Source: a virus | Length of the DNA stretch: 64,000 bases | IMG/VR virus record: IMGVR_UViG_3300032249_001455 | Coordinates: 1 to 64,000 of that record | Reading direction: 5' to 3' (one strand) | Part shown: positions 1-9,587 of the stretch, piece after piece | Numbering within the stretch: the first letter of the stretch is position 1 | Layout of the letters: every line of letters starts with the position of its first letter | Notes under the pieces: model-generated | Told to the model about the DNA's origin: nothing | What the model saw: only the letters and a program-made list of their open reading frames with translations | Databases searched by the model: none | Translations under genes and position numbers: made by a program

Positions 1-500
1 CGTAGGAGTTAGTGTAGGTGTATTTGTACTTGTCGGTGTCAATGTTGGTGTTGATGTTGCAGTTATCGTAGGAGTTAGTGTAGGTGTTGATGTAGGTGTT
101 CTTGTTGGTGTGAGTGTAGGTGTATTTGTCCTTGTCGGTGTCAATGTAGGTGTTGATGTAGGTGTTCTTGTTGGTGTGAGTGTAGGTGTTGATGTTGCAG
201 TTATCGTAGGAGTTAGTGTAGGTGTTGATGTTACAGTTATCGTAGGAGTTAGTGTAGGTGTATTTGTACTTGTCGGTGTCAATGTTGGAGTTGATGTTGC
301 AGTTATAGTAGGAGTGAGTGTAGGTGTTGATGTAGGTGTTCTTGTTGGTGTTAGTGTAGGTGTATTTGTCCTTGTCGGTGTCAATGTTGGAGTTGATGTT
401 GCAGTTATAGTAGGAGTGAGTGTAGGTGTTGATGTTGCAGTTATCGTAGGAGTTAGTGTAGGTGTTTGAGTTGGTGTGAGTGTAGGAGTGAGAGTGGGAG
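1..500. repeat. Degenerate tandem coding repeats (about 30-36 nt units, TPTLTPT-X)
   Basis: Recurrent units such as gttgatgttgcagttatcgtaggagttagtgtaggt and gtatttgtacttgtcggtgtcaatgttggt. Confidence 0.95.
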
Positions 501-579
501 TAGCCGTTTCAACCGGCTTGTCCGACAGGGAGAATAAAACATCCTTGTTTTTGGTATTTTTTATTTCGCCAAGTCGCAT
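1..579 (-). CDS. Thr/Pro-rich repeat protein, N-terminal part (runs off window)
   Basis: ATG at 579 on the minus strand reads [50 protein letters not shown]... and stays open to base 1; it follows the 585..1796 gene directly. Confidence 0.8.
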   Translation of the reverse strand, partial: MRLGEIKNTKNKDVLFSLSDKPVETATPTLTPTLTPTQTPTLTPTITATSTPTLTPTITATSTPTLTPTRTNTPTLTPTRTPTSTPTLTPTITATSTPTLTPTSTNTPTLTPTITVTSTPTLTPTITATSTPTLTPTRTPTSTPTLTPTRTNTPTLTPTRTPTSTPTLTPTITATSTPTLTPTSTNTPTLTPT

Positions 580-584
580 TATTT

Positions 585-1796
585 CTAGTCTTCCACGATA
601 AACCTAAACTCAAATCTGTCGGTCAATTTGGATATTTCGCCCCTCTGCCCTTCGGGGATTTCTTCCGAGGAAATGATATCGATCGTATTTAGGCCGCATC
701 TGACCTGTTTTATGCATTTGGAATTAATTTTTGCTATTCTGCATTTGAGGTCTTGCAGGCATGTACCTTTCATTGAAAAAGGCCTGTTTTCTAGGAATTC
801 AAATTCTCTGTAGAGTCTGCCGCATTCGCACCTTTGGTAGGAATTTGATATTGAACACATGTCTCCATTCCAGTATCTGACGAAGGGAGAAGGAATTGAG
901 AAATAGTCGGTGCTGACCAGTTTTCCGCCCAATTCCTCGCACCAGGACAGGTTGTCAAGAAGGTGGTAGTTTTTGTGCCTGCATGTGAAGAAAGTCGCCC
1001 CTCCATCCCAGCACCTCATGTGATCGCAGACATGATCTGCGCGACCTTCCATGAGGTAGGCCGCATCCTCTTGAAGCAGTCTTTCGTTACTGTTGCTGAG
1101 CAGGCCGCATATTTTATCGCTTATGTTCATCCTTCTCATGTAGTGGCACATGGAGTTGGTTGCGGGTCCGGGGGCGAAAATGACGTCAATTCTGTTTTCT
1201 AGGAGATGGCGGATTAGATTTACGAAGAAATCACGGTGGCTATCCTCAAAGGCCTTGAAGTTCACGTAATGCACTTCGGCCTTTCTCGATGTGCCGTGGT
1301 GTTCCATGAAGTTGGCGGAGTCGTCCCGCACGGTAATTAATTTTTTAGGATCGTACTGATTGCTGTTGAAGAAATAGAGTATTTTTGGCCTTTTTGGAAC
1401 ATCAAATTCATCAAGAATTAGATCGTAGTGGTTCAATCCCTCTATGAAATAAAGGAAAGGCTCCCATCTCATGTATCCAAAAGGACTTCCTGTGGTGCTT
1501 CCGCTGGTCGCCATTGGCTGAGCCTCGTCCATCGCCGATTTGACATACCACAGACCTTTGTCTAAAAGATCTGCCTTGGATGCAAAGTCCCTTTTTTTTG
1601 AATAAACGGGACTCATTTTCCGCGCCCAGGACTCTATGTTCCTCTTCAGTATCCCCGTAATCTCTACTACTAATTCTTCTTCCTCAAAAAGCAGGTCGCG
1701 GCAGAATGGCCTGTACTCGTGGAGAATCTCCTTGGAAGGAAGCGAAGCAGTCCTCCATTTTAATATGAATTCTTTCAGAGCCTGTGTATTCCGCAT
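585..1796 (-). CDS. Phenylacetate-CoA ligase/CapK-like adenylate-forming protein
   Basis: TSGSTTG loop, RYWNGD and CECGR motifs typical of the PaaK/CapK family. Confidence 0.7.
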   Translation of the reverse strand: MRNTQALKEFILKWRTASLPSKEILHEYRPFCRDLLFEEEELVVEITGILKRNIESWARKMSPVYSKKRDFASKADLLDKGLWYVKSAMDEAQPMATSGSTTGSPFGYMRWEPFLYFIEGLNHYDLILDEFDVPKRPKILYFFNSNQYDPKKLITVRDDSANFMEHHGTSRKAEVHYVNFKAFEDSHRDFFVNLIRHLLENRIDVIFAPGPATNSMCHYMRRMNISDKICGLLSNSNERLLQEDAAYLMEGRADHVCDHMRCWDGGATFFTCRHKNYHLLDNLSWCEELGGKLVSTDYFSIPSPFVRYWNGDMCSISNSYQRCECGRLYREFEFLENRPFSMKGTCLQDLKCRIAKINSKCIKQVRCGLNTIDIISSEEIPEGQRGEISKLTDRFEFRFIVED

Positions 1797-2446
1797 CCTT
1801 CACGCACATAGAAGTTGAGGGTGACCTTTCCGGTGTGTCTCCATGAGACATCCTTCCATCTAGATATGATGTCCCAGTCGTTGCATTTTGGTACGAACCT
1901 CCAGCCACCGTATCTATGTATGAGGTGCCTTTTGTGCATCATCTCGCTTGTGTCTATGTAGCCTGGGGCGGGTTTGGAAGGATGTATTCTCTCTCCCATC
2001 ACCTTCATTTCGTGGTCATATAGCCTTGTGCCTGTATATGCCATGTCAACATCGCCGTATTTCATTAGCGAATAAAGCGATTCAAGGTGGTCCGGCTCGT
2101 ACCAGTTGTCGTCGTCAAGGTAGCTGATGAGGTCGTGGTCTGTGTTCAGGATTGCGAAGTTCCTCGGACCCCATCCGGCGGCTCCGCAGTTTACGGGAAG
2201 GTTGAAAAAACGGAACCTCTTGTCTTTTATTGACATGCAGAAGTCCACGGTGGATCTGCAATTTTCGCATTCCCTGCAGGTGTTCAGGTCGCAGGCGGTT
2301 CTGCATCCGTCTTTGACGATCACGCAGTCAAAGTTGGAATGGGTCTGCTCAGTCAGCGATGCTACAGATCTCTTGATCCACTCTATTTTGGAGTGGTATG
2401 TGGGTAGACAAACCAGAACCCTATCGGACTTTCCATGTCCAGACAT
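1775..2446 (-). CDS. Glycosyltransferase family 2
   Basis: N-terminal VCLPTY, ..RN..I, and YLDDDNWY.PDHL (DxD) motifs. Confidence 0.85.
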   Translation of the reverse strand: MSGHGKSDRVLVCLPTYHSKIEWIKRSVASLTEQTHSNFDCVIVKDGCRTACDLNTCRECENCRSTVDFCMSIKDKRFRFFNLPVNCGAAGWGPRNFAILNTDHDLISYLDDDNWYEPDHLESLYSLMKYGDVDMAYTGTRLYDHEMKVMGERIHPSKPAPGYIDTSEMMHKRHLIHRYGGWRFVPKCNDWDIISRWKDVSWRHTGKVTLNFYVREGCGIHRL

Positions 2447-2570
2447 CTGCCTCCTTGCGGCATCCGCTATAGCGGATTTGCTGCATTATTTACGTACGAA
2501 CGGCCTCATGAGGTGGGTATTTTGGAAAAAAATATGTTCAAATGACTATCGTGGACAATAGATATGAAAC

Positions 2571-3326
2571 ATGCAAATCGCTCTTGCCGCATTGATGGTT
2601 GTGCTGGCGACCTCTTTCTCTTATTCGGGAACCATAGATCCCTCCGTTCCCGATTCGAGGCATGTGGAGTATGGAAGACAATTCATCCATGTGGCAAAGA
2701 TCAAGGGCATATGCAACTGCAAGAAGAGGGATGGGGAGCATGACTTCCATGCGAGCGCAGTGATAATTTCTCCCCACTGGGCGGTGACAGCCGCTCATGT
2801 TGTCAGTTCTGCTGATGACGTGGCCATTGTGGCTGGCGGAAAAGAATACAAGATAAGCAAGGTCGAAATACATAAGGATTTCGACAAGGACAAAGTGGGA
2901 AACAACGACATAGCCCTGTGCTATTCCGAAGAGAATTTCGGAATGGATTTCTATCCAGAGTTGTACGTCCGCGATGACGAGGCGGGAAAGATTGCGACCA
3001 TATGCGGATACGGAACTACCGGCACTTTTTCCACGGGGGCGGTCAAGTCGGATGATCTGAAAAGGGCGGGTTCCAATGTGATTGAAAGAACGGAAAGGAA
3101 ATGTCTCGTATGCAACAATCTGGGGGGGAGAAGAACCGAACTTGAATTCATGATCGCCAGCGGGGACAGCGGAGGCGGACTTTTCATAGACGGGAAACTG
3201 GCGGGGGTGAATTCGTTCGTCATGGCGGACGACGGAAAGCCAAACTCCGACTACGGCGACGAATGCGCCCACACGAGGGTGAGCCTCTATGCGGATTGGA
3301 TTAAAGAGACCATGGAGAAGGACTGA
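2571..3326 (+). CDS. Trypsin-like (S1) serine protease with signal peptide
   Basis: TAAHV, DIAL and GDSGGG catalytic-triad motifs; hydrophobic N-terminus. Confidence 0.9.
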   Translation: MQIALAALMVVLATSFSYSGTIDPSVPDSRHVEYGRQFIHVAKIKGICNCKKRDGEHDFHASAVIISPHWAVTAAHVVSSADDVAIVAGGKEYKISKVEIHKDFDKDKVGNNDIALCYSEENFGMDFYPELYVRDDEAGKIATICGYGTTGTFSTGAVKSDDLKRAGSNVIERTERKCLVCNNLGGRRTELEFMIASGDSGGGLFIDGKLAGVNSFVMADDGKPNSDYGDECAHTRVSLYADWIKETMEKD

Positions 3327-3357
3327 ACAGGGCTTCCTTAAAATGAAGCATGTCGGC

Positions 3358-3738
3358 TCATGGGGCAATGGTGATGTGCATGGATTCGGGGGGGTCGTCG
3401 AAAACGAGCCTCATATATCCGCAGACCCAGGCCTTTCTCCTTTGAGACCCATAAGTTATCTCGTAAATCCAGCCGTCCATAAACTTCTCTAGATAGTTTG
3501 CGGAAGCGTCGCATTCCAAAGAGGGTTCATTGGAGAATTGCAGCATGAAGTCCCCGTCCATGCCCTTTCTTTTTGCTCCCTCTAGAAGAAAGGAATCGAC
3601 GCCAGCGACGTTGGGCGGAAGAACCATGCGGACGAAATCGGGAGGCGACAGATCGTAGGCCCAGCCTCCGTAATCCAGAAAGAGTCTTCCTTTTCTCTTG
3701 AGGATTTTGAATTGCAATACCTTTTCAGGAATATTCAT
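3358..3738 (-). CDS. Hypothetical protein
   Basis: ORF overlapping the upstream gene; W.Y...AWVC motif; start uncertain. Confidence 0.6.
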   Translation of the reverse strand: MNIPEKVLQFKILKRKGRLFLDYGGWAYDLSPPDFVRMVLPPNVAGVDSFLLEGAKRKGMDGDFMLQFSNEPSLECDASANYLEKFMDGWIYEITYGSQRRKAWVCGYMRLVFDDPPESMHITIAP

Positions 3739-4405
3739 GGACGAAAAGTTCCTTGAAAAACAACTCCGCATGTGGACTTATGGAAGAGCGGTAGTAGACC
3801 TTGTCGAAATCCAGAGAGTCTAGGTCTCCAAAAATGCGAGACATCCAGGGAGAAAGCACGGCATAGAATGGGGAAACCTCTCCGTTTCCTATCCATGTTT
3901 TCATCTTGTCCGTGTTCAGTTCCATGGATTTGAATTCCAAAAGGCTCCTTTTTTCAAAAAATTCGTATGTCGCCTTCATTTCGGAAATTACCTTGGATGA
4001 TTTAGTTGAAATGTCGGCTTCCTTGGAATCCAATACCCGCTCCAGCTTTTTTCTGTACCTGTATCTCCAGAGCTTCCATCTCTTCCATGCCTTCTCGCCC
4101 ACAAGGCAGTGGGGTTCTATGAGGGCGTGAACCTCCCCCTCCTTGATCGCCTTCAGAATCTGAAGCTGAGAGCGGATGTATAGGTGTATCTCATTGTCTT
4201 GCAAGATTCCTTTCATTTCTTTTGCAAGTTTATAGCAGTATTTGAAAAGTGTGGACTTTCTTGGGTCTGCATTGGCCTTGAGCTTGACAAACTGCTCTTT
4301 TGGCAGTTCCCTTCTGCACTCGTCCTGCCATATGAGGGCTATCTTGTAGGCCTTGGCCTCCATATCCGTCATCTTGTACTTGATTATCGGCTCAAGTTCC
4401 TTCAT
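3725..4405 (-). CDS. Hypothetical protein, divergent from the ncRNA/polA unit
   Basis: 226-aa ORF with phage-like composition. Confidence 0.75.
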   Translation of the reverse strand: MKELEPIIKYKMTDMEAKAYKIALIWQDECRRELPKEQFVKLKANADPRKSTLFKYCYKLAKEMKGILQDNEIHLYIRSQLQILKAIKEGEVHALIEPHCLVGEKAWKRWKLWRYRYRKKLERVLDSKEADISTKSSKVISEMKATYEFFEKRSLLEFKSMELNTDKMKTWIGNGEVSPFYAVLSPWMSRIFGDLDSLDFDKVYYRSSISPHAELFFKELFVHEYS

Positions 4406-4417
4406 TTTTTTTCTCTA

Positions 4418-4446
4418 TTGCAGAAGTTTTCAAGTCTAGTTATTAT
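4418..4446 (+). promoter_or_regulatory. Sigma70-type promoter
   Basis: TTGCAG-17 nt-TATTAT; predicted TSS about 4453. Confidence 0.65.
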
Positions 4447-4452
4447 GTCCGC

Positions 4453-4887
4453 ATGCGAAAGATCATCCACTGACTATCATAACCTACGAACCTGAAACTT
4501 TCAACCTTTTCGTGGGATGATATTTCGCAAGAGTAGATGTTTGGTCACCCCAAAAGGGCGGCTGGGTTATAAACTCCCCAGCAGTTCCAAGCCTTTGCGC
4601 TGAGACGCGTGTATGACTAGGAGGCTGTGTTTTTTCGGAGGAAATTCTTTTTTACGGCGAAAGCCGGTTTTTACCGTGTAACCCGATAGTAGTAGACTCT
4701 ATCACGGGGCCTGGGTCACGGTCCTTAATGGGAACAGAGATAAAAAAAGTTGCAGTAGTCCGAAAAGAGGAACGGAGAAGGTAGAACCAGACAGCAGAAT
4801 AAGGAAAACCTGGAAATCCGAATGAGAGATATAAGTGATTAAATTCCTTATATCTCTTTAGTAGGGTTCCCTAGGGAAGGACCCCGT
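4453..4887 (+). ncRNA. Candidate structured non-coding RNA or long leader (unknown family)
   Basis: No convincing ORF. Stems: tgcgaaa-g-atcatcc/ggatgat-a-tttcgca (4454-4529), gctggg/cccagc, agcct/aggct, ggc-GAAA-gcc, cccgatag/ctatcacggg, an 11-bp agagatataag/cttatatctct, and palindrome ttccctagggaa. Confidence 0.5.
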
Positions 4888-4908
4888 TGTATAAAAAGAA
4901 AGGCAACC

Positions 4909-5103
4909 ATGCAGAAAGATGATTTGACTGGAAAATGCTTCGGCAAGCAAAGAGGGGATACCAATAGAAAGTTGAGAAGAAATTTGAGGAGAATGGCTGA
5001 CAGAAAGGGCATCTCCTACAAGGAAGCGATATTGAAATTCTACAAGGTTTCAAGTTATGACCAATTGGACAAGAACCTCGTTTATTCACTTAACAAGAAG
5101 TAG
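4909..5103 (+). CDS. Small basic protein
   Basis: 64 aa, Lys/Arg-rich, AAAGG RBS-like element upstream. Confidence 0.55.
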   Translation: MQKDDLTGKCFGKQRGDTNRKLRRNLRRMADRKGISYKEAILKFYKVSSYDQLDKNLVYSLNKK

Positions 5104-5125
5104 GAGTTGTGGTAGAATTTTTTAA

Positions 5126-6433
5126 ATGAGCAGATTTTCGGAAATACTCCCGAGCATAAAGGGCAAGGATGTCTACCTCTATCTTTCCAGGGAGAACCCC
5201 GACTGGCGGGATTCCGGGCAGGATGTCAGCCTCGTAGTCCATTTTGGAGGAAAGAGGGTTACCTTGCCCCTCGGGGACTCCTCCGAACTGAACTACCTCG
5301 TCTCTTCTTTGTATCACTTCCTGGACTCCGACAGGCTCGTTCTGGCGTGGGGAGCCAAGGATGTCTTCTCCTACCTCAAAGGGCGTACGGAGATGAATCT
5401 GGAGATCCACAGTCAGGTCTACGACCTTTCCCTCATCTCTTCCTATCTCGGTGCGGCTCCCGCGAGGCCTGAAAATTTCAGGGACGCAGTATCGCTCCTG
5501 AAGGGGCTCATGTCCGATGCCCTCTGGAAGAAATTTTCTCCATACTACTCCGCCGTCCAGGTCCCGATGTTTTCCTCGATTCTTCCGGAGATTGAGACGG
5601 GCTGCATAGTCGATAACAAGAGGAAGAAATGCGTTTACCCGACCTATGTCATGGAGGGGCAGATAAACGGAAGACTGAAGGCCATCAAGGTCGATTCCTC
5701 CTCCTACAACCCCCACTCCATCGGCGAGGAAGAGAGGGCAAGCCTGCGTCCCAGGGGCTACGACGAGGCTTTCGTCTATTTTGACTACAGAAACATGGAG
5801 GTCGCGGTCCTCCAGTGGCTTTCCGGCGACCCCGCCCTGGCGTCAATTCTTGAATCGGGCAAGGATCTCTACAAGGAGATATGGCGCAAGATAACAAGGC
5901 AGGAACCCACGGACTCCCACAGAAAACTCTGCAAGAACACGTTTCTTCCGGTCGTATTCGGCCAGGGCAAGGCCTCCCTTGCCAAAAAACTGGGATCATC
6001 GGAAGAAATTGCGGCCAAGCTCATAGATAGCCTGGTCGATACCTTTCCCGTTGCCTTCGACTGGGTCGAATCCCAGTCACCCGACGGCAACAACACGGCA
6101 ACTGATGTTTTTGGTCGCAGAAGGACTTTTGACGGACAAGAACTGTACAAGATTAAAAATTTTTGTATTCAGTCGCCAGCGAGCATGATTTGTTTGAGAA
6201 AACTTGTGAAATTGCACGAGGCTCTGGCCGGCAAGGCCAGCATCGGTTTTCATGTGCATGACGGATATTGCGTACTTTGCGACAAAAAGAACCTTGCTTC
6301 CACCTGCGAACTCGGAATTAACGTTCTTGAGGAGGAGGATGAAATGTTCCCCGGCCTGGTACTCAAGACCACATGCAAGTTCGGACAAAATCTCAATGAT
6401 TTGGAAACTTTTACCAAGAGGATAAAAATATGA
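5126..6433 (+). CDS. Short family A DNA polymerase (degenerate exonuclease domain, thumb largely missing)
   Basis: Motif A FDYRNMEVAVLQWLSGD, motif B RKLCKNTFLPVVFG, motif C HVHDGY, plus NGRL and FGRRR; only 435 aa. Confidence 0.85.
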   Translation: MSRFSEILPSIKGKDVYLYLSRENPDWRDSGQDVSLVVHFGGKRVTLPLGDSSELNYLVSSLYHFLDSDRLVLAWGAKDVFSYLKGRTEMNLEIHSQVYDLSLISSYLGAAPARPENFRDAVSLLKGLMSDALWKKFSPYYSAVQVPMFSSILPEIETGCIVDNKRKKCVYPTYVMEGQINGRLKAIKVDSSSYNPHSIGEEERASLRPRGYDEAFVYFDYRNMEVAVLQWLSGDPALASILESGKDLYKEIWRKITRQEPTDSHRKLCKNTFLPVVFGQGKASLAKKLGSSEEIAAKLIDSLVDTFPVAFDWVESQSPDGNNTATDVFGRRRTFDGQELYKIKNFCIQSPASMICLRKLVKLHEALAGKASIGFHVHDGYCVLCDKKNLASTCELGINVLEEEDEMFPGLVLKTTCKFGQNLNDLETFTKRIKI

Positions 6434-6987
6434 AGACGATTCAGGATTCCTTTCCCGTCACCGAAGAGGAGTATCTTCTTCTGGACGGCAAGTTCGGCGA
6501 ACTGTGCGAATACCAGGCCTGGCAGCTCATAAAAAAGAACACCAGGAACAACCACACCGACAGCCAGGAGGACATCGCGCAGGACATGAGGATCGCCCTC
6601 CTCCGTGCGGCCTCGTACTACAAGAGGCAGTGCTACATCGAGGAGTGCCTTGAGAAGTGCAAGAAGTATGCCAAGGACGCGGTGATCAAGAGCGTCCTGA
6701 AGCAGCTTCTGAACCTGTGGAAGAACAAGACAAGGCACGGCGCAAACAAGCAGAAGTTCGGGCCGCATCAGGAAAAGATGCTTGACAAACTCGTTAAGTC
6801 CCTCGTGCCTTCCAAGGAGAGACCGGACAGGAAGGCTCCCTTGAGGATAGACACGAAGTTCATCACCTACTGCAAGGCGATAACATGGAATGCGCAAAAG
6901 TCGCTCGGCAAGAGGATAACTAGAGAGAAGTCAATCAGGACGGGAATGGTGTCCTTGTCCGAATACGATTACCTTGGTGGAAATTAA
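6430..6987 (+). CDS. Putative sigma-factor-like protein (region 2-like)
   Basis: EDIAQDMRIALLRAASYY ... FITYCKAITWN ... VSLSE resembles sigma70 region 2; ATGA overlap with polA. Confidence 0.45.
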   Translation: MKTIQDSFPVTEEEYLLLDGKFGELCEYQAWQLIKKNTRNNHTDSQEDIAQDMRIALLRAASYYKRQCYIEECLEKCKKYAKDAVIKSVLKQLLNLWKNKTRHGANKQKFGPHQEKMLDKLVKSLVPSKERPDRKAPLRIDTKFITYCKAITWNAQKSLGKRITREKSIRTGMVSLSEYDYLGGN

Positions 6988-9587
6988 TGTCAAAAATATG
7001 TGTGGTTCAGTTCTATACTTCCAATGTTTCCTACGGTCGTTTTGCCGAGGAGATCAACAGAAAGTACTGTGAGGCTCACGGATATGACTATTTAGTAGAA
7101 AAGGATGATGAGAAGCTGAAGTCCATGGCGGAAGGCCGAGCCTTCACATGGATCAAACCCAAGTTGATAGGCGAGGTTCTAGGCAAGTACGACCATGTAT
7201 TGTTCATGGACATTGACGCCATATTTTGCAAGCAAGATATCAGAATAGAGGAATTTTTGGATTCCAGCCATGATTTGATCGCAGCCGAAGACTACAGCCA
7301 TCATTCTAAAATGAATGCTGGAGTGTTGCTCTTCAGCAATTCATCTTGGACTTCTGATTTTTTGAGAAAATGGTGGGAGTCAGGCGATAATTTGAAAGGT
7401 TCGGATATTACTGAATTGGGAATAAACAACGATCAACCTGGGTATTTCAAGCATGGCCATTGGCATGATCAATCTTGCTTGTCTTATTTGTACTTTAATG
7501 GATATGGCGACCGCATCAAGATAATCAGCAAAAGAAGTTTTAACTGGTTGGAATACAACCAAGATAATTTCATTTTTCACGCATTCGCCAAAGGTCACCG
7601 GCGAAACAGGTCTTTGGACAAGATACACGCCAAAATTTTTGAAACAAAGATAAATTCGGAAGAGATGACGCTTGCCCAACTGGCCGAATTTCATGGCACG
7701 GACAAGGAATACGAGCATCGCTATGTCACCAATCACTATGAAAGAATATTCGCTCCATTTAGGAAGAGCGCGAAGAGGGTCTGTGAAATAGGAATAGCAG
7801 ACGGGGATTCGCTCATGATGTTCCGCGATTATTTTTCTGAAGCCACTATAGTGGGATGCGATCTTGTAGACAAATCAATTGAGGAAGAGCGGATATCTGT
7901 CGTGAAAATGAATCAGTCCGTAGATGCCGAAATTGATTCATTTTGTAAGTCTCAGGATGACTTTGACATCATATTAGACGACGGATCGCACAAGATGAGG
8001 GATCAGCAGGTCACATTTTTGAAGCTTTTTAGAAAACTCAATCCTGGCGGGCTGTTTGTCATTGAGGATTTACACACAAGCACGGAGGCCCGCATGTCCG
8101 AGAAATCCGGGTACAACTGGGGCGATCCTGAAAAGACTACTACTTTGGAAGTGCTGGAAAACTTCATTTCCTCGGGAAGGATTGAATCCGATTATCTTTC
8201 GTACGAAGAGTGCAGGTATTTAGAAAACAACATTGAATCGTGTGAGGTTCTTAAAAAAGATGAGAACTATTTCAGCGTGACATCGTTGATAAGGAAAAAG
8301 ACGAATGCGCCTAGGGAGCAACCGGCAACCAAGACGAATGCCGTTAGAGATTCATCCACAATCAATGCGGATTCCGTCGGTACTAAAATACTATTCCTTG
8401 CTTTTACAAGCAAGGAATACAAAGGACACTCAATACAAATAGACAGAGCAGATCTTACGAGAAAGATGTCTTGCATGGAGACATGGGTTCCGAGAATAGA
8501 GGCTCTTGGTTTTGAAGTAATTTTTTTTGACGGAGGCAACGACAATCAGTCGTTTGACAAGGCGAATAGAGTCCTTCATTTGATTTCAAGTGATTCTTAT
8601 GACTACAATTATCTCAATGACTTGGGATTTGGGTCTTTGATGTTTGAGCGCCTCAAGGAGGCCATCTCCTGGTGCCTCAAGAACAGGGATTTTGATTACA
8701 TATTCAGAACCGATGACGGATCTTATTTAAATTCATGGAGGTTGCCCGATTTAATTGAGGAACTTAAATTAAAATCATTTCCAGATGTTGTTTTTTCATC
8801 TTGTTCCCACGGCGGAGCGGGAATGTTATTTTCAAGAAATGCCTGTGAATTAATTTCGCGCCACAATAATGAAGCAAAGATAATAGCAGAAGACAGGGTT
8901 ATTTTTGATTTAATATCCAGGGAAAGCAAAATTAGAGCTGTAACTAGCGACCTCCTTTACGGTGGTTATGTTGTTGGGGAGAAACTTTTCACATTCCATT
9001 ACACTAATGGAAAAAGACAATATTTTGCGGATGATGTAATATCGTATTACAATAATGGCAATCCGATCAGAAGAAAAGTTATGATAAATTTTCCTTTTGA
9101 TGTTGTCAATCACGAATCTCTCCATCTGCCCGTCAAAACATGGAATTGCACGGGTTCAGAAACAACTCCCATCTGGTATTCATTTGAAAAAGACGAATAC
9201 AACTGGGAGTACTATGGAAACCTTCCGAGGTCCGGTCTGAATGCTAGTGAGTTTTGTCCGTTTGGAGCCAAGTCAATAGGCGAACTTTCGTTTTGGAACA
9301 CATTTTTTGACACGTCATTGGCTCATGAAAAAAACATGCTGAAAGCATATGGAGAATCTGTAATGGACGGAGGCCTATTGTTCTTCAATCTTACAGAAGG
9401 TTTTGAATCCAAACTTCATGGATCAAGAAAGTCGTTTGGATTTGATGAAAATACCGTATTTAACTATATAAAAGGGGTCGAATCACATTTTAATGTTATT
9501 AATGTGGATTTTGATTCAATCATCAAAAGTTCATTCAATCTTCCTGTAAAAACAGTCAGCATAAAAGCGACTCCGAAAAATGACTGA
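6987..9587 (+). CDS. Multidomain glycosyltransferase (GT34-like) / SAM O-methyltransferase / GT fusion
   Basis: FMDIDA, MNAGVLL, WHDQS (GT34-like); GTDK, EIGI, IILDDGSH, GGLFVIEDLH (MycE/TylE-like MTase); FRTDDGSY (second GT-A). Confidence 0.8.
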   Translation: MSKICVVQFYTSNVSYGRFAEEINRKYCEAHGYDYLVEKDDEKLKSMAEGRAFTWIKPKLIGEVLGKYDHVLFMDIDAIFCKQDIRIEEFLDSSHDLIAAEDYSHHSKMNAGVLLFSNSSWTSDFLRKWWESGDNLKGSDITELGINNDQPGYFKHGHWHDQSCLSYLYFNGYGDRIKIISKRSFNWLEYNQDNFIFHAFAKGHRRNRSLDKIHAKIFETKINSEEMTLAQLAEFHGTDKEYEHRYVTNHYERIFAPFRKSAKRVCEIGIADGDSLMMFRDYFSEATIVGCDLVDKSIEEERISVVKMNQSVDAEIDSFCKSQDDFDIILDDGSHKMRDQQVTFLKLFRKLNPGGLFVIEDLHTSTEARMSEKSGYNWGDPEKTTTLEVLENFISSGRIESDYLSYEECRYLENNIESCEVLKKDENYFSVTSLIRKKTNAPREQPATKTNAVRDSSTINADSVGTKILFLAFTSKEYKGHSIQIDRADLTRKMSCMETWVPRIEALGFEVIFFDGGNDNQSFDKANRVLHLISSDSYDYNYLNDLGFGSLMFERLKEAISWCLKNRDFDYIFRTDDGSYLNSWRLPDLIEELKLKSFPDVVFSSCSHGGAGMLFSRNACELISRHNNEAKIIAEDRVIFDLISRESKIRAVTSDLLYGGYVVGEKLFTFHYTNGKRQYFADDVISYYNNGNPIRRKVMINFPFDVVNHESLHLPVKTWNCTGSETTPIWYSFEKDEYNWEYYGNLPRSGLNASEFCPFGAKSIGELSFWNTFFDTSLAHEKNMLKAYGESVMDGGLLFFNLTEGFESKLHGSRKSFGFDENTVFNYIKGVESHFNVINVDFDSIIKSSFNLPVKTVSIKATPKND

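Noticed and set aside
110-469. Val/Gly-rich plus-strand ORF
   Set aside because: Antisense shadow of the Thr/Pro repeat gene on the minus strand.
1-500. Possible CRISPR array
   Set aside because: Repeats are contiguous, in multiples of three, with synonymous variation and no unique spacers.
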